Source: a virus (Duplodnaviria; Caudoviricetes). From it: a stretch of DNA of 51,992 nucleotides. Positions 17,897 through 25,038 of the stretch are shown here, piece by piece. Below the pieces are notes generated by a model. The model was not told the origin of the DNA and ran no database searches. It saw nothing but the letters and a program-made list of their open reading frames with translations. The position numbers were made by a program, and so were the translations under genes. How positions within the stretch are numbered: the stretch's first letter is position 1; each line of letters begins with the position of its first letter. Where the stretch lies: positions 1-51,992 of IMG/VR virus record IMGVR_UViG_3300048586_000159; one strand, 5' to 3'.

Positions 17897-18382
17897 TTAC
17901 GGCGTAAGATCAGCCGAAGGAGCCTCAATAATTGCGGTATCGATCCCCAAATTGAAAGTAGATTTTACCACATTATCCACACTCCCGTAGTTGTCGCGGG
18001 CCGACATGATTTTGGCGCCGAAGTAGTAGACGCTGTCGGAGTAGTCGGCGGATGGAGCGTCAGCCGCCTCGATCTTGATCGGGTAGCTGAACTTCGTCTT
18101 CTCCGCTGCCTTGAGAGCAACCTGACCAGCATCGAGCGGATCACGGCCGCATACAAGCGAGAGAGTGCCAGCGTCACGGACGCCCTTCAGGTGGCGTGTG
18201 CGACCGTCGCCGACAGACGAGAACGTGACGTCAGAGCTTTCGTCCCCGAACTCCCCCATGTCTTCCACTTCGCCGACTTCAATCCAAGTCAGCGCAGCGT
18301 ATTCAGAGGCAGTGTCGAGGGTCGAAACCCAAGGAGTGGAGCAGATAAAGACCTTGCTCTCAGATGCAGTTGTGATTGCCAT
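17897..18382 (-). CDS. Major tail (tube) protein
   Basis: WIEVGEVEDMGEFGD...RHLKGVRDAG...DAGQ motif; located upstream of the chaperones. Confidence 0.85.
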   Translation of the reverse strand: MAITTASESKVFICSTPWVSTLDTASEYAALTWIEVGEVEDMGEFGDESSDVTFSSVGDGRTRHLKGVRDAGTLSLVCGRDPLDAGQVALKAAEKTKFSYPIKIEAADAPSADYSDSVYYFGAKIMSARDNYGSVDNVVKSTFNLGIDTAIIEAPSADLTP

Positions 18383-18394
18383 GTGGGGTTCTCC

Positions 18395-18679
18395 TTAATG
18401 GCTGTTTGAAGAAGAGCCCTCATCGGGCGGGTTAACCGGGTTCACCGGATCTTTTGCTGCCTCTTTCGGCTTCGCTTTGCCGGGTAGAGCGCGCATTTCG
18501 GAAATGTCCGCGACTGGCACCCCGAGAGCCTCGTAGGCCTTGGCGATGTGCGGGTAATGGCCCTCGATGAAGACCTTCGATGCCCCCTCCTCGGGTTTGA
18601 GGAAGTGCCGAGGGTTCCGCACGGTTCTGCCTTCCGCATTGGCCGGAACCGAGCGGGCATAGACGATCTGCTTAGACAT
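18395..18679 (-). CDS. Hypothetical virion-associated protein
   Basis: 94-aa ORF with RBS, collinear in the structural operon. Confidence 0.65.
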   Translation of the reverse strand: MSKQIVYARSVPANAEGRTVRNPRHFLKPEEGASKVFIEGHYPHIAKAYEALGVPVADISEMRALPGKAKPKEAAKDPVNPVNPPDEGSSSNSH

Positions 18680-18686
18680 GATGTCC

Positions 18687-19109
18687 TCACTGGTTAAAGG
18701 ATACGTATTCGACGGACACGGGCACCTGGACGTAGCCCACGTCCTGCAGCGGTGATGCTACGTATGGCTTGCGGCCGATCTTCACCTTGATGCCCTGTCC
18801 TTGGAGGACGGTGCCCTTGGCGAAATGCTTGATGATGCGGTCGGCCACGTCGAGCGGCTTCGTGATCCCGGCCCCGGCCTTCCACCAGACCGAAATCTGT
18901 AGGATGCCTATGTGCTGCTGATGCCCCGAGCCCACTGTCCGCGTGATTGTGCGGTTGGGAACGAAAGTGGCTTGCAGGTAGCTATCCGGCTTCGTGCCGC
19001 CATTGGGAGGGAAGTTTACCCCAGGATATGCGATCGGAAGTGCCGGAGTGAGCGCCGCCAGCTTGCCGAGGAGCAAATCCATGATGATTGCGTCCGTGCC
19101 TACGGCCAT
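18687..19109 (-). CDS. Tail terminator-like protein (DUF4128-like)
   Basis: IAYPGVNF.P, GILQISV and VPVSVEY motifs; position before the tail tube gene. Confidence 0.75.
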   Translation of the reverse strand: MAVGTDAIIMDLLLGKLAALTPALPIAYPGVNFPPNGGTKPDSYLQATFVPNRTITRTVGSGHQQHIGILQISVWWKAGAGITKPLDVADRIIKHFAKGTVLQGQGIKVKIGRKPYVASPLQDVGYVQVPVSVEYVSFNQ

Positions 19110-19122
19110 GCTACCGGTTCCT

Positions 19123-19320
19123 ATGCCTTCAAAGCCGCCGCTCACACGCAACGAGGTTTACGATCTCATCCACGATCTGTGGGTGAGAGCCGCACGCGAG
19201 CGAGGGGCTGATGAATACAGCGAGAACACCCTGAAGGCGGTCCGCGTGTCGTTGTTTATGCTAAGCGCTGCATTGCTCAAGAAGACCGATGACGACGCTA
19301 CAGCCCAAACCGAGCTTTGA
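19123..19320 (+). CDS. Small hypothetical protein (65 aa), opposite strand
   Basis: MPSKPPLTRNEVYDLIHDLW... fills the intergenic gap; no clear SD. Confidence 0.5.
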   Translation: MPSKPPLTRNEVYDLIHDLWVRAARERGADEYSENTLKAVRVSLFMLSAALLKKTDDDATAQTEL

Positions 19321-19351
19321 CCTCTGCGGCCTTAGCCGAGACGATCTGCGA
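19298..19351 (-). pseudogene. Remnant 3' end of the gp10-like gene (SQIVSAKAAEVKARFGL*)
   Basis: Matches the current C-terminus QQIVSAQAASVKQRFGL* of 20374-20829 and begins directly after the HNH stop codon. Confidence 0.8.
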
Positions 19352-20284
19352 CTAAATCAACCAACCCCACCGCCGCCCTCTTGCAATGTCAGATACAGTT
19401 ACGCGGCTAACACCAAATCGATTTGCGATCTTACGCTGCGTCTCATGTCCAAGAAGCTTACGAATGGCGATAACATCGTCCTCGGTGAGTTTAGCCTGAC
19501 CATTTCGGGATCCTTTGTTTTCCGTACCATGAATTACTCGGTCATCCGCGTTTCCTTGAGTGGTATCCCACCGCAAATGATGTGGGTTAACGCACCCTAA
19601 ATGACCTTGCCCGCAGTTATGCGCCGCTTGATGCGTTGGCGATGGTGGATCCCCGTGCACCAGTTCGCACATCACTCTGTGAGCATAGCGCTCGCCACCG
19701 TCTGACCCACGAAGCTTTCCATACCCGCGACCGCCGCGCTTGGGTTCGTGCCTTGCGAATGGCCAGATCAAACAATCATCAGTATCCGCGTGATCAGCAT
19801 GACTCCTGAGCCATAAATCAGGCTCTCCTTTCGACGTTGCCCCCGCAGTTGCGTCACCGTACCGCAGCCACCGTTCATAATGATCACGACAGTAGCCTCG
19901 CACATGCGCTGGCGCATTGCAGGCGTCGATGCTGCACAGGCCGGAATTCTCGGCGTAATATTTCCCGCCTAGTGGATTGCCGTGATTTCTGAAGCGCTGG
20001 TAGTGCGGGTTGCAAAATCCCTTATGCTTGACCGGACGCTCACACCCGTCAACGGCGCAAGGAACGTCTTTTGGTTGATAATGCGCTCCTCCATTAGGCG
20101 AACCGTGCCTTAGAAGCCGCAGATAGTGCGCGTGGCAAAGACCCTTAGTTCTGGCCTTTTCTAGGCAACCATCTGTCGAACATAAGGGCATTTCACGAAG
20201 GGCATGATAGTGCGTAACGCACCACCCTCGGGCTAAAACAGGCTTGCAGCAACCATCAATTTTACATAGGGAATTAGTAGCCAT
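19352..20284 (-). CDS. HNH endonuclease with four tandem CxxxxC...CxxHY repeats and C-terminal HTH
   Basis: Repeats CKIDGC, CSTDGC, CAVDGC and CSIDAC; AAHNCG..GCVNPHHLRWDT..N. Confidence 0.88.
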   Translation of the reverse strand: MATNSLCKIDGCCKPVLARGWCVTHYHALREMPLCSTDGCLEKARTKGLCHAHYLRLLRHGSPNGGAHYQPKDVPCAVDGCERPVKHKGFCNPHYQRFRNHGNPLGGKYYAENSGLCSIDACNAPAHVRGYCRDHYERWLRYGDATAGATSKGEPDLWLRSHADHADTDDCLIWPFARHEPKRGGRGYGKLRGSDGGERYAHRVMCELVHGDPPSPTHQAAHNCGQGHLGCVNPHHLRWDTTQGNADDRVIHGTENKGSRNGQAKLTEDDVIAIRKLLGHETQRKIANRFGVSRVTVSDIARGRRWGWLI

Positions 20285-20357
20285 TTCGACCTCCGAACAG
20301 GTTGGCTTGGTTAGGGCCTCGCGGTGTTGACGCACCGTTTGAGGCCCGTTTATTTTA
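20279..20357 (+). ncRNA. Putative SymR-like cis-antisense RNA, copy 2
   Basis: AGCCATTTCGACCTCC..CAGGTTGGCTTGGTTAG, hairpin with GGTGTTGACGCACC, then a T-tract. CTTGCA-N17-ATAGGG at 20243-20271. Confidence 0.62.
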
Positions 20358-20373
20358 CGAAACAATCCCCTTA

Positions 20374-20829
20374 TTACAAGCCGAAACGCTGCTTCACACT
20401 AGCGGCCTGAGCCGAAACTATTTGCTGCCATCTCTGCGCAACGAGCGTCACCCACGGTCGCGGTGCCATATCCTGGGTGCCGAAGTGGACGTAGGCCCCA
20501 TATTCGGCCGTGTAGCCGAGATAAATCGTATCCCCCAGCTCAGCATCGCTGATGATCAATTCGGTCTGGCTGAAGTCCGGAGTGACTGTCACGCCCGGGT
20601 TAGACCGGTTCAAGGTGGGCATGCTGGCATTCGAAGCCATGATCGAGTCCCGGAGGAACTGGGTTCGCTTGTAGTTCGGGCTCTCCGGTGTCTCGTAGAT
20701 CATGCTCCCGAGCTGCTCATCCAGTTGCTTCACAAGCTCCTGAAGGCTCTCCTGAAAGACCGCCTCTTCGGCTTCCTTCACTCGATTGACGAAATTCCCG
20801 ATGGTTGCGGAGAACGAGAGCTTAGCCAT
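20374..20829 (-). CDS. HK97 gp10-like neck/tail-completion protein
   Basis: RTQFLRDSI and YTAEYGAYVHFGT..MAPRPW motifs. Confidence 0.8.
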   Translation of the reverse strand: MAKLSFSATIGNFVNRVKEAEEAVFQESLQELVKQLDEQLGSMIYETPESPNYKRTQFLRDSIMASNASMPTLNRSNPGVTVTPDFSQTELIISDAELGDTIYLGYTAEYGAYVHFGTQDMAPRPWVTLVAQRWQQIVSAQAASVKQRFGL

Positions 20830-21872
20830 CAGGTCGATGTCCTAGCCCGATATCGCCGCAAACCAGCCGCGATATAGTTGATTGTATAGATCGCCTGGCA
20901 TTTGCAGCCGATCTTATGGGCAGCTGGCGCGTTCGGATCATGAGGATGCATGAGCATGGTCCCATCCGGCGCGATGAACGGCTGATCCATCCTGACCGAC
21001 TGTCCTGCCATTGCGATATGCTGGATGCGCGGGTTTTCCGAACCGTTGTGCTTCCATGTCTTCGTCACGTCCTGAACAGCAATCTTGCCCGCCTCGATCT
21101 GCTGCCGGATTGCGTTGTCCCGAGCCGAGAACAGTGCGGTACGGGTTTCCTGAAGGCCGATGGTGTCGCCCCGCAGCTTCAGGTTCTTGTCGGACAGGCG
21201 GCCGATGATCTTCGAGGCCATAGCCTCATCAACCGGCGTCCCTTCCCGAATGGCCTTCAAGACAGTGCGGTCGTAGCGCTTGTCGCGCATCTTCATCGCG
21301 AGGTAGCGCTGCATTCCCTCGACGTTGCCCTCTAGGAGGCTTCCGCGTGCTCGTTCGATAAACTCCACCTGCCGAGCAGTAAGGCCGATCACGCCGCCTT
21401 CTCTGCGTCCGGTTACCCTGTTGACCCTGCCCACCACATCAAGGGCAGTCTTCGTCGGGTTCTGCCCGCGCGACAGGCCGCTCTCGAACGCGATGCGCAG
21501 CGCCTCGCGCTGATCCTCGACAATGTTCGTGACTAGCGTGGCTGCCTGGGTCCGCAGGATGCTCTCAGCGATCAGGTTGCGGACGCCGAACTGAAACAGC
21601 ACCCGCGTCCCGTCTGGAGCAACCAACTGAGGCAGGCTCTGCACCATGTTGATGCCGCCAGCGTTGAACGCTTCCTGCAATGCCAACTCAAGGGCCGCGA
21701 AAGCCTCCGGTTCAAACTGGATTGCCCGAACTGCGGCGGCAACGTCTCCGCGATCCAGCGCGGTAACAACCGTCTTGAGCACGATGTTGCTCTTGATCGC
21801 CTCGATGCTATCCAGAAAGGCAGCGGCCACGATAGGATCGTATTTGGCAAGCAGTTCGTCAAAGGTCATCAA
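20829..21872 (-). CDS. Minor head/head morphogenesis protein (Mu F/SPP1 gp7-like)
   Basis: KTWKH...PRIQH..MAGQ.V...PF...MHPHDP..IGCKC motif. Confidence 0.8.
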   Translation of the reverse strand: MMTFDELLAKYDPIVAAAFLDSIEAIKSNIVLKTVVTALDRGDVAAAVRAIQFEPEAFAALELALQEAFNAGGINMVQSLPQLVAPDGTRVLFQFGVRNLIAESILRTQAATLVTNIVEDQREALRIAFESGLSRGQNPTKTALDVVGRVNRVTGRREGGVIGLTARQVEFIERARGSLLEGNVEGMQRYLAMKMRDKRYDRTVLKAIREGTPVDEAMASKIIGRLSDKNLKLRGDTIGLQETRTALFSARDNAIRQQIEAGKIAVQDVTKTWKHNGSENPRIQHIAMAGQSVRMDQPFIAPDGTMLMHPHDPNAPAAHKIGCKCQAIYTINYIAAGLRRYRARTST

Positions 21873-21995
21873 TCACCCAATCAGCCAGCCTGCAGTTTTC
21901 CACCCGAGATGCGCGAACAGTCCCATAACGAAAGCAATCATCGCCCCGCGCACCATGAGGCGGGCCGATGTGCGGGGATGGAGGTTGTCGTTCAT
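21873..21995 (-). CDS. Small hydrophobic peptide (40 aa)
   Basis: MNDNLHPRTSARLMVRGAMIAFVMGLFAHLGWKTAGWLIG; abuts the next gene; below the ORF-track length cutoff. Confidence 0.4.
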   Translation of the reverse strand: MNDNLHPRTSARLMVRGAMIAFVMGLFAHLGWKTAGWLIG

Positions 21996-22008
21996 GCTGA
22001 TCCCATAA

Positions 22009-22032
22009 GAAAAGGCCCACCGAAGCGAGCCT
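22009..22032 (-). terminator. Intrinsic terminator after the HNH pseudogene
   Basis: AGGCTCGC-TTCG-GTGGGCCT followed by a T-run on the minus strand. Confidence 0.6.
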
Positions 22033-22057
22033 GACTAGTGTTCGATGACGAAGGCGG

Positions 22058-22711
22058 CTACCCAAGCCACCTCCATGTCTTCTGGTTAGCAACGACAAAG
22101 GCCGTCTGATAATGGATGCCAAACCGCTGAGCCATTTCAGCGTAAGGTACTCGTCCCTTATTCTCCCGCATCCATCGGACGTCATCCTCTGAGAGCTTCG
22201 AGCAATGGATGCCATCACCTTTAGGCATCGTCCCATGGTCATACTTGTCCATGTGGTTGGGCGACCTCTAAGGCTGCATCTGGAGCGCAGCCATGCGCCA
22301 ACTCGCACATAACGCGATGAGCGCCCGTCTGCCTGCCTTGGTAGGTGACTGCTCCATACCCGCCGACTGCCCCGCCATAAGGCCACAGCAAGCAGTCATC
22401 GCCATCGTGGGTGACGTGGTCCTCTATCCAAGCAATCAATGCCCCCGGTGAGGCCCGCCCACCAAGTGGCTCCCCATGGGCGCGTAGGCGCTGATAATGC
22501 CGACTGCGGCATGCCTCCCGTTGCCTACTGCGACCTTAACCGTGAACGTGCGGCTTTTTTGCTTACGCGCTGTTAGGATCTTCGGAACTTTGGGTCTTGG
22601 CCTGTTGGGACCGGAAGGCCGCCAGCTTCTTATCCGGCCGAGACTGCTGGCCTCATACCCATCATAACCCTCTACAGGGCGCCATTCTTCTGCTAGAGCG
22701 TGATCAGCCAT
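22058..22711 (-). pseudogene. Disrupted NUMOD4-HNH endonuclease
   Basis: NUMOD4 (EEWRPVEGYDGYEASSLGRIRS), then a frame change to HYQRLRAHG...CLLWPY...AHRVMCELAHG, then loss of the HSC..CVNP.HLRW core with a second frame change to NHMDKYDHGT. Confidence 0.75.
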
Positions 22712-22785
22712 CTCTACCTCCTTACAGGTGGGGCTTGGTGAGAACCCGTCGAGAGGTGAGATGCTCGGCGGGTTCGCTTTTTATA
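22706..22785 (+). ncRNA. Putative SymR-like cis-antisense RNA, copy 3
   Basis: AGCCATCTCTACCTCCTTACAGGTGGGGCTTGGT, then a hairpin nearly identical to copy 1 and a T-tract. Confidence 0.58.
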
Positions 22786-22791
22786 GCCGAT

Positions 22792-23196
22792 CTACGAAAT
22801 CAAATCCAACTCATAAAGCACCGGAACCCCTGCGGGACTCAACGGCTTTACATTGAGCAGCTCCACCCACGCGCTACTCTCGCTGGCTTCCTCAGCAGTG
22901 ATGCCAAGCGCAACCTTGTAGCTCTTGAGCGGGACGGCATCAGGATCGGCCGTCACGGTCAGCATGTGCTTGGTCTGCCCTATCAGCGTGCCGGACTGAT
23001 CCCGAATCTCTTGGTAGCCCTCCACGCAATGGAGTGTCTTGTATGTCGGCGGCTCCTCAACCGGGTCATAGGGCGGCCCGGTGATCGCGCCGGGGATGCG
23101 CAGCGTCACGGGGTAGCCATCAGCCTGAGATACGTCGCCGATGGAGCGGATTGCCTCGTCAACCTCGGCAGCTATGGCGCGCCAGTCTTCCATCAC
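22792..23196 (-). CDS. Head closure/head-tail adaptor protein
   Basis: Position; VKPLSPAGVPVLYEL C-terminus. Confidence 0.7.
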   Translation of the reverse strand: MMEDWRAIAAEVDEAIRSIGDVSQADGYPVTLRIPGAITGPPYDPVEEPPTYKTLHCVEGYQEIRDQSGTLIGQTKHMLTVTADPDAVPLKSYKVALGITAEEASESSAWVELLNVKPLSPAGVPVLYELDLIS

Positions 23197-23690
23197 GCCC
23201 TCGCGAGGAACTGAGTTGCACCGCGTGCACTGATCAGCCCCGACAGGACGCGCTCTACTTCGGTCAGCGTCGGCGCCATGTCCTCGGTGGTGGCAAACGA
23301 CCGCAGGGGCGTCCAGACGATGCCCTTGACGGCGGTGAGCACCTTCGACTGGCCAAGGACGATATCCGGCGACAGGCTGCCGGGCTTCACGAGTTCGCGG
23401 AGTGCGGCGGCATAGGTGGCGCGCTCGACTTCGTCTGGCACATCTTCCGAAGCGATTGCATTGCCCTCAGCGTCGAATGCATCAATGCGGGGCCAATCTC
23501 GGGCCTGCGAGCGCCCTCCCGTTCTCTGGCCCGGCCAGCGGCTGCGGTAGACGCCATCCAGCCATTCGGAGGAGCGTAGAAGAGCCGCCTCGCGCTTTTC
23601 GTCATCAACGCCGGCAGCGGACCAAGCCGCATTCCCGCGAGCTTCGTGATAGACGAGCGCCGCAGCGAGAGACCCGTAAATGTCCGCCAT
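23193..23690 (-). CDS. Head-tail connector (DnaT-like phage family)
   Basis: YHEARGNAAW...EAALLR...WPGQR...Q.RDWPR...VPDEV..ATY motif. Confidence 0.8.
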   Translation of the reverse strand: MADIYGSLAAALVYHEARGNAAWSAAGVDDEKREAALLRSSEWLDGVYRSRWPGQRTGGRSQARDWPRIDAFDAEGNAIASEDVPDEVERATYAAALRELVKPGSLSPDIVLGQSKVLTAVKGIVWTPLRSFATTEDMAPTLTEVERVLSGLISARGATQFLARA

Positions 23691-23920
23691 CAGCCTTCGT
23701 CTCCCGCATAGTCGCCGTTCAGCAGCTTGCGCTTGAAGGTCTCTAGCAGCCAGAGAACATCGCCGCCGTCTTTCAACCCGAGGGTCGCGCGGGCATCAAG
23801 GTTCCCGTCCTTGTCCCAGCCGATGAGGATTACCTGATCGTAGGTGCCGATTGCCTGTTCGAGCACGTTGTCCGCGCTTTTGGCTGCATCAGCAGGATAG
23901 AACATCACGATATCCGCCAC
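23690..23920 (-). CDS. Hypothetical protein
   Basis: GTG start with GAGGA RBS; stop abuts the next start. Confidence 0.6.
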   Translation of the reverse strand: MADIVMFYPADAAKSADNVLEQAIGTYDQVILIGWDKDGNLDARATLGLKDGGDVLWLLETFKRKLLNGDYAGDEG

Positions 23921-23930
23921 GGCTGGTTCC

Positions 23931-24371
23931 TCAGTTCTGGTTCTGCTCGCGGTGAAGGTCGCGCAGCGCCGCAAGGTCTTCCAGCGGTTCGCGCGGGTCG
24001 AATTCGACGTTCATGGCGGTCAGGTCGGCCTCGATCTCTCGGCGGGTTGCGCCATTGCCCGCCGTCTCGTCCTGGCGGGCGTTATGCTCAGCGTTCAGCT
24101 TGTTGAACTGCTCGACGAGCTTTTCGCGGCCGAGCTTGTGGTGAGGTGCCTTGCCGGTCGCTGCTTCGATGGCGGCACGAAGCTGCTCATCGGAGAATTG
24201 ATCGCCGCTTTCCGTTCCGAGGCAACTGGCCGCCGTCTCGGTTACCACGGCCGGCTGCCCGTCCGGATCGAACCGCGCGTCGAGGATCTTGTAGCCGGCG
24301 GCCCGCAGTTCAGCCTTCCGTTTCGGCGACACCGGATGCGGCTCGTAGGCGATCTTTCGTTCATTCGTCAT
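23931..24371 (-). CDS. Hypothetical head-associated protein
   Basis: YEPHPVSPKRKAELRAAGYKILDARF, a motif typical downstream of this capsid type. Confidence 0.7.
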   Translation of the reverse strand: MTNERKIAYEPHPVSPKRKAELRAAGYKILDARFDPDGQPAVVTETAASCLGTESGDQFSDEQLRAAIEAATGKAPHHKLGREKLVEQFNKLNAEHNARQDETAGNGATRREIEADLTAMNVEFDPREPLEDLAALRDLHREQNQN

Positions 24372-24387
24372 GGGATTTGCTCCATAG

Positions 24388-24411
24388 AAAAAGCCGCCTT
24401 GGAGGGCGGCT
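24388..24411 (-). terminator. Intrinsic terminator downstream of capsid/HNH
   Basis: AGCCGCC-CTCCAA-GGCGGCT followed by TTTT. Confidence 0.65.
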
Positions 24412-24436
24412 AAAGAATGATGTTTTCCTGTTCCGG

Positions 24437-24958
24437 TTATGCTGGGCGGAAGAACTGCCCGTGGTGCTTGACTGCGAAAGCATCTCTCGCACGGGCCGCC
24501 TCTTCGGCTGTGTCAAAAAGTCCGAGGTTCACTCGTCTTCCGCCCGCCCTTGCTCTGGCCAACCATTTCCCTGATCGGCGGTCGAAATTGACGCCCTTGA
24601 ACCCGCTGGTGTTGCTGCTCTTTAGGGGGAGGTTCGCGTTATTCTCGCGCGGTGTGGCTAAGCGAAGGTTCGCGAACCTGTTGTCCCGCTTGTTGAGATT
24701 GACGTGGTCGATCTGCTGTTTCGGCCATTTGCCTGTCATGTAAAACCATGCAAGCCGATGCGCATAATATCGATGCCCGTAAACGCTTACGCGCCAATAC
24801 CCATGGACGCCAAAGCCGCCTGCATCTGTACCGGCAACTCGCCTATGTGAATTTGTTATCAGCCACCGAAACTCGCCGCCAATTGGATCGTACTCAAGAG
24901 CTTCTTTCAGCTTCGATTGCGTAAGATCGCGCGGGGCGATAATCTCGCATTCAGCCAT
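24437..24958 (-). CDS. HNH endonuclease with AP2-like domain
   Basis: AHRLAWFY..IDHVNLNKRDNRFANLRLAT; NTSGFKGV..KWLAR..LGLFDTAEEAA. Confidence 0.9.
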   Translation of the reverse strand: MAECEIIAPRDLTQSKLKEALEYDPIGGEFRWLITNSHRRVAGTDAGGFGVHGYWRVSVYGHRYYAHRLAWFYMTGKWPKQQIDHVNLNKRDNRFANLRLATPRENNANLPLKSSNTSGFKGVNFDRRSGKWLARARAGGRRVNLGLFDTAEEAARARDAFAVKHHGQFFRPA

Positions 24959-25034
24959 CTCGACCTCCTTACAGGTGGGGCTTGGTAAGAATGGCCGGAT
25001 GTGTTGGTAGCACTCCGGCCATTCGTTATTTCTA
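24953..25034 (+). ncRNA. Putative SymR-like cis-antisense RNA, copy 4
   Basis: AGCCATCTCGACCTCCTTACAGGTGGGGCTTGGT, then hairpin GAATGGCCGGA..GTGTTGGTAGCAC..TCCGGCCATTC. TTGCGT-N17-TAATCT at 24917-24945. Confidence 0.62.
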
Positions 25035-25038
25035 CAGC

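Noticed and set aside
24412-24436. Remnant 3' ends after the HNH genes at 24437 and 22058
   Set aside because: Translation of the downstream spacers did not match the capsid or head-closure C-termini.
1956-24958. HNH genes as group I intron-encoded ORFs
   Set aside because: The flanking genes are complete with their own starts and stops, and there is no room for an intron core around the ORFs.
17791-25034. The four repeated elements read as a CRISPR array, attC sites or IscB/omega-RNA (HEARO) loci
   Set aside because: They are dispersed kilobases apart with no spacers, cas genes or integron integrase. The HNH proteins lack RuvC/PLMP features and the elements are only about 80 nt.
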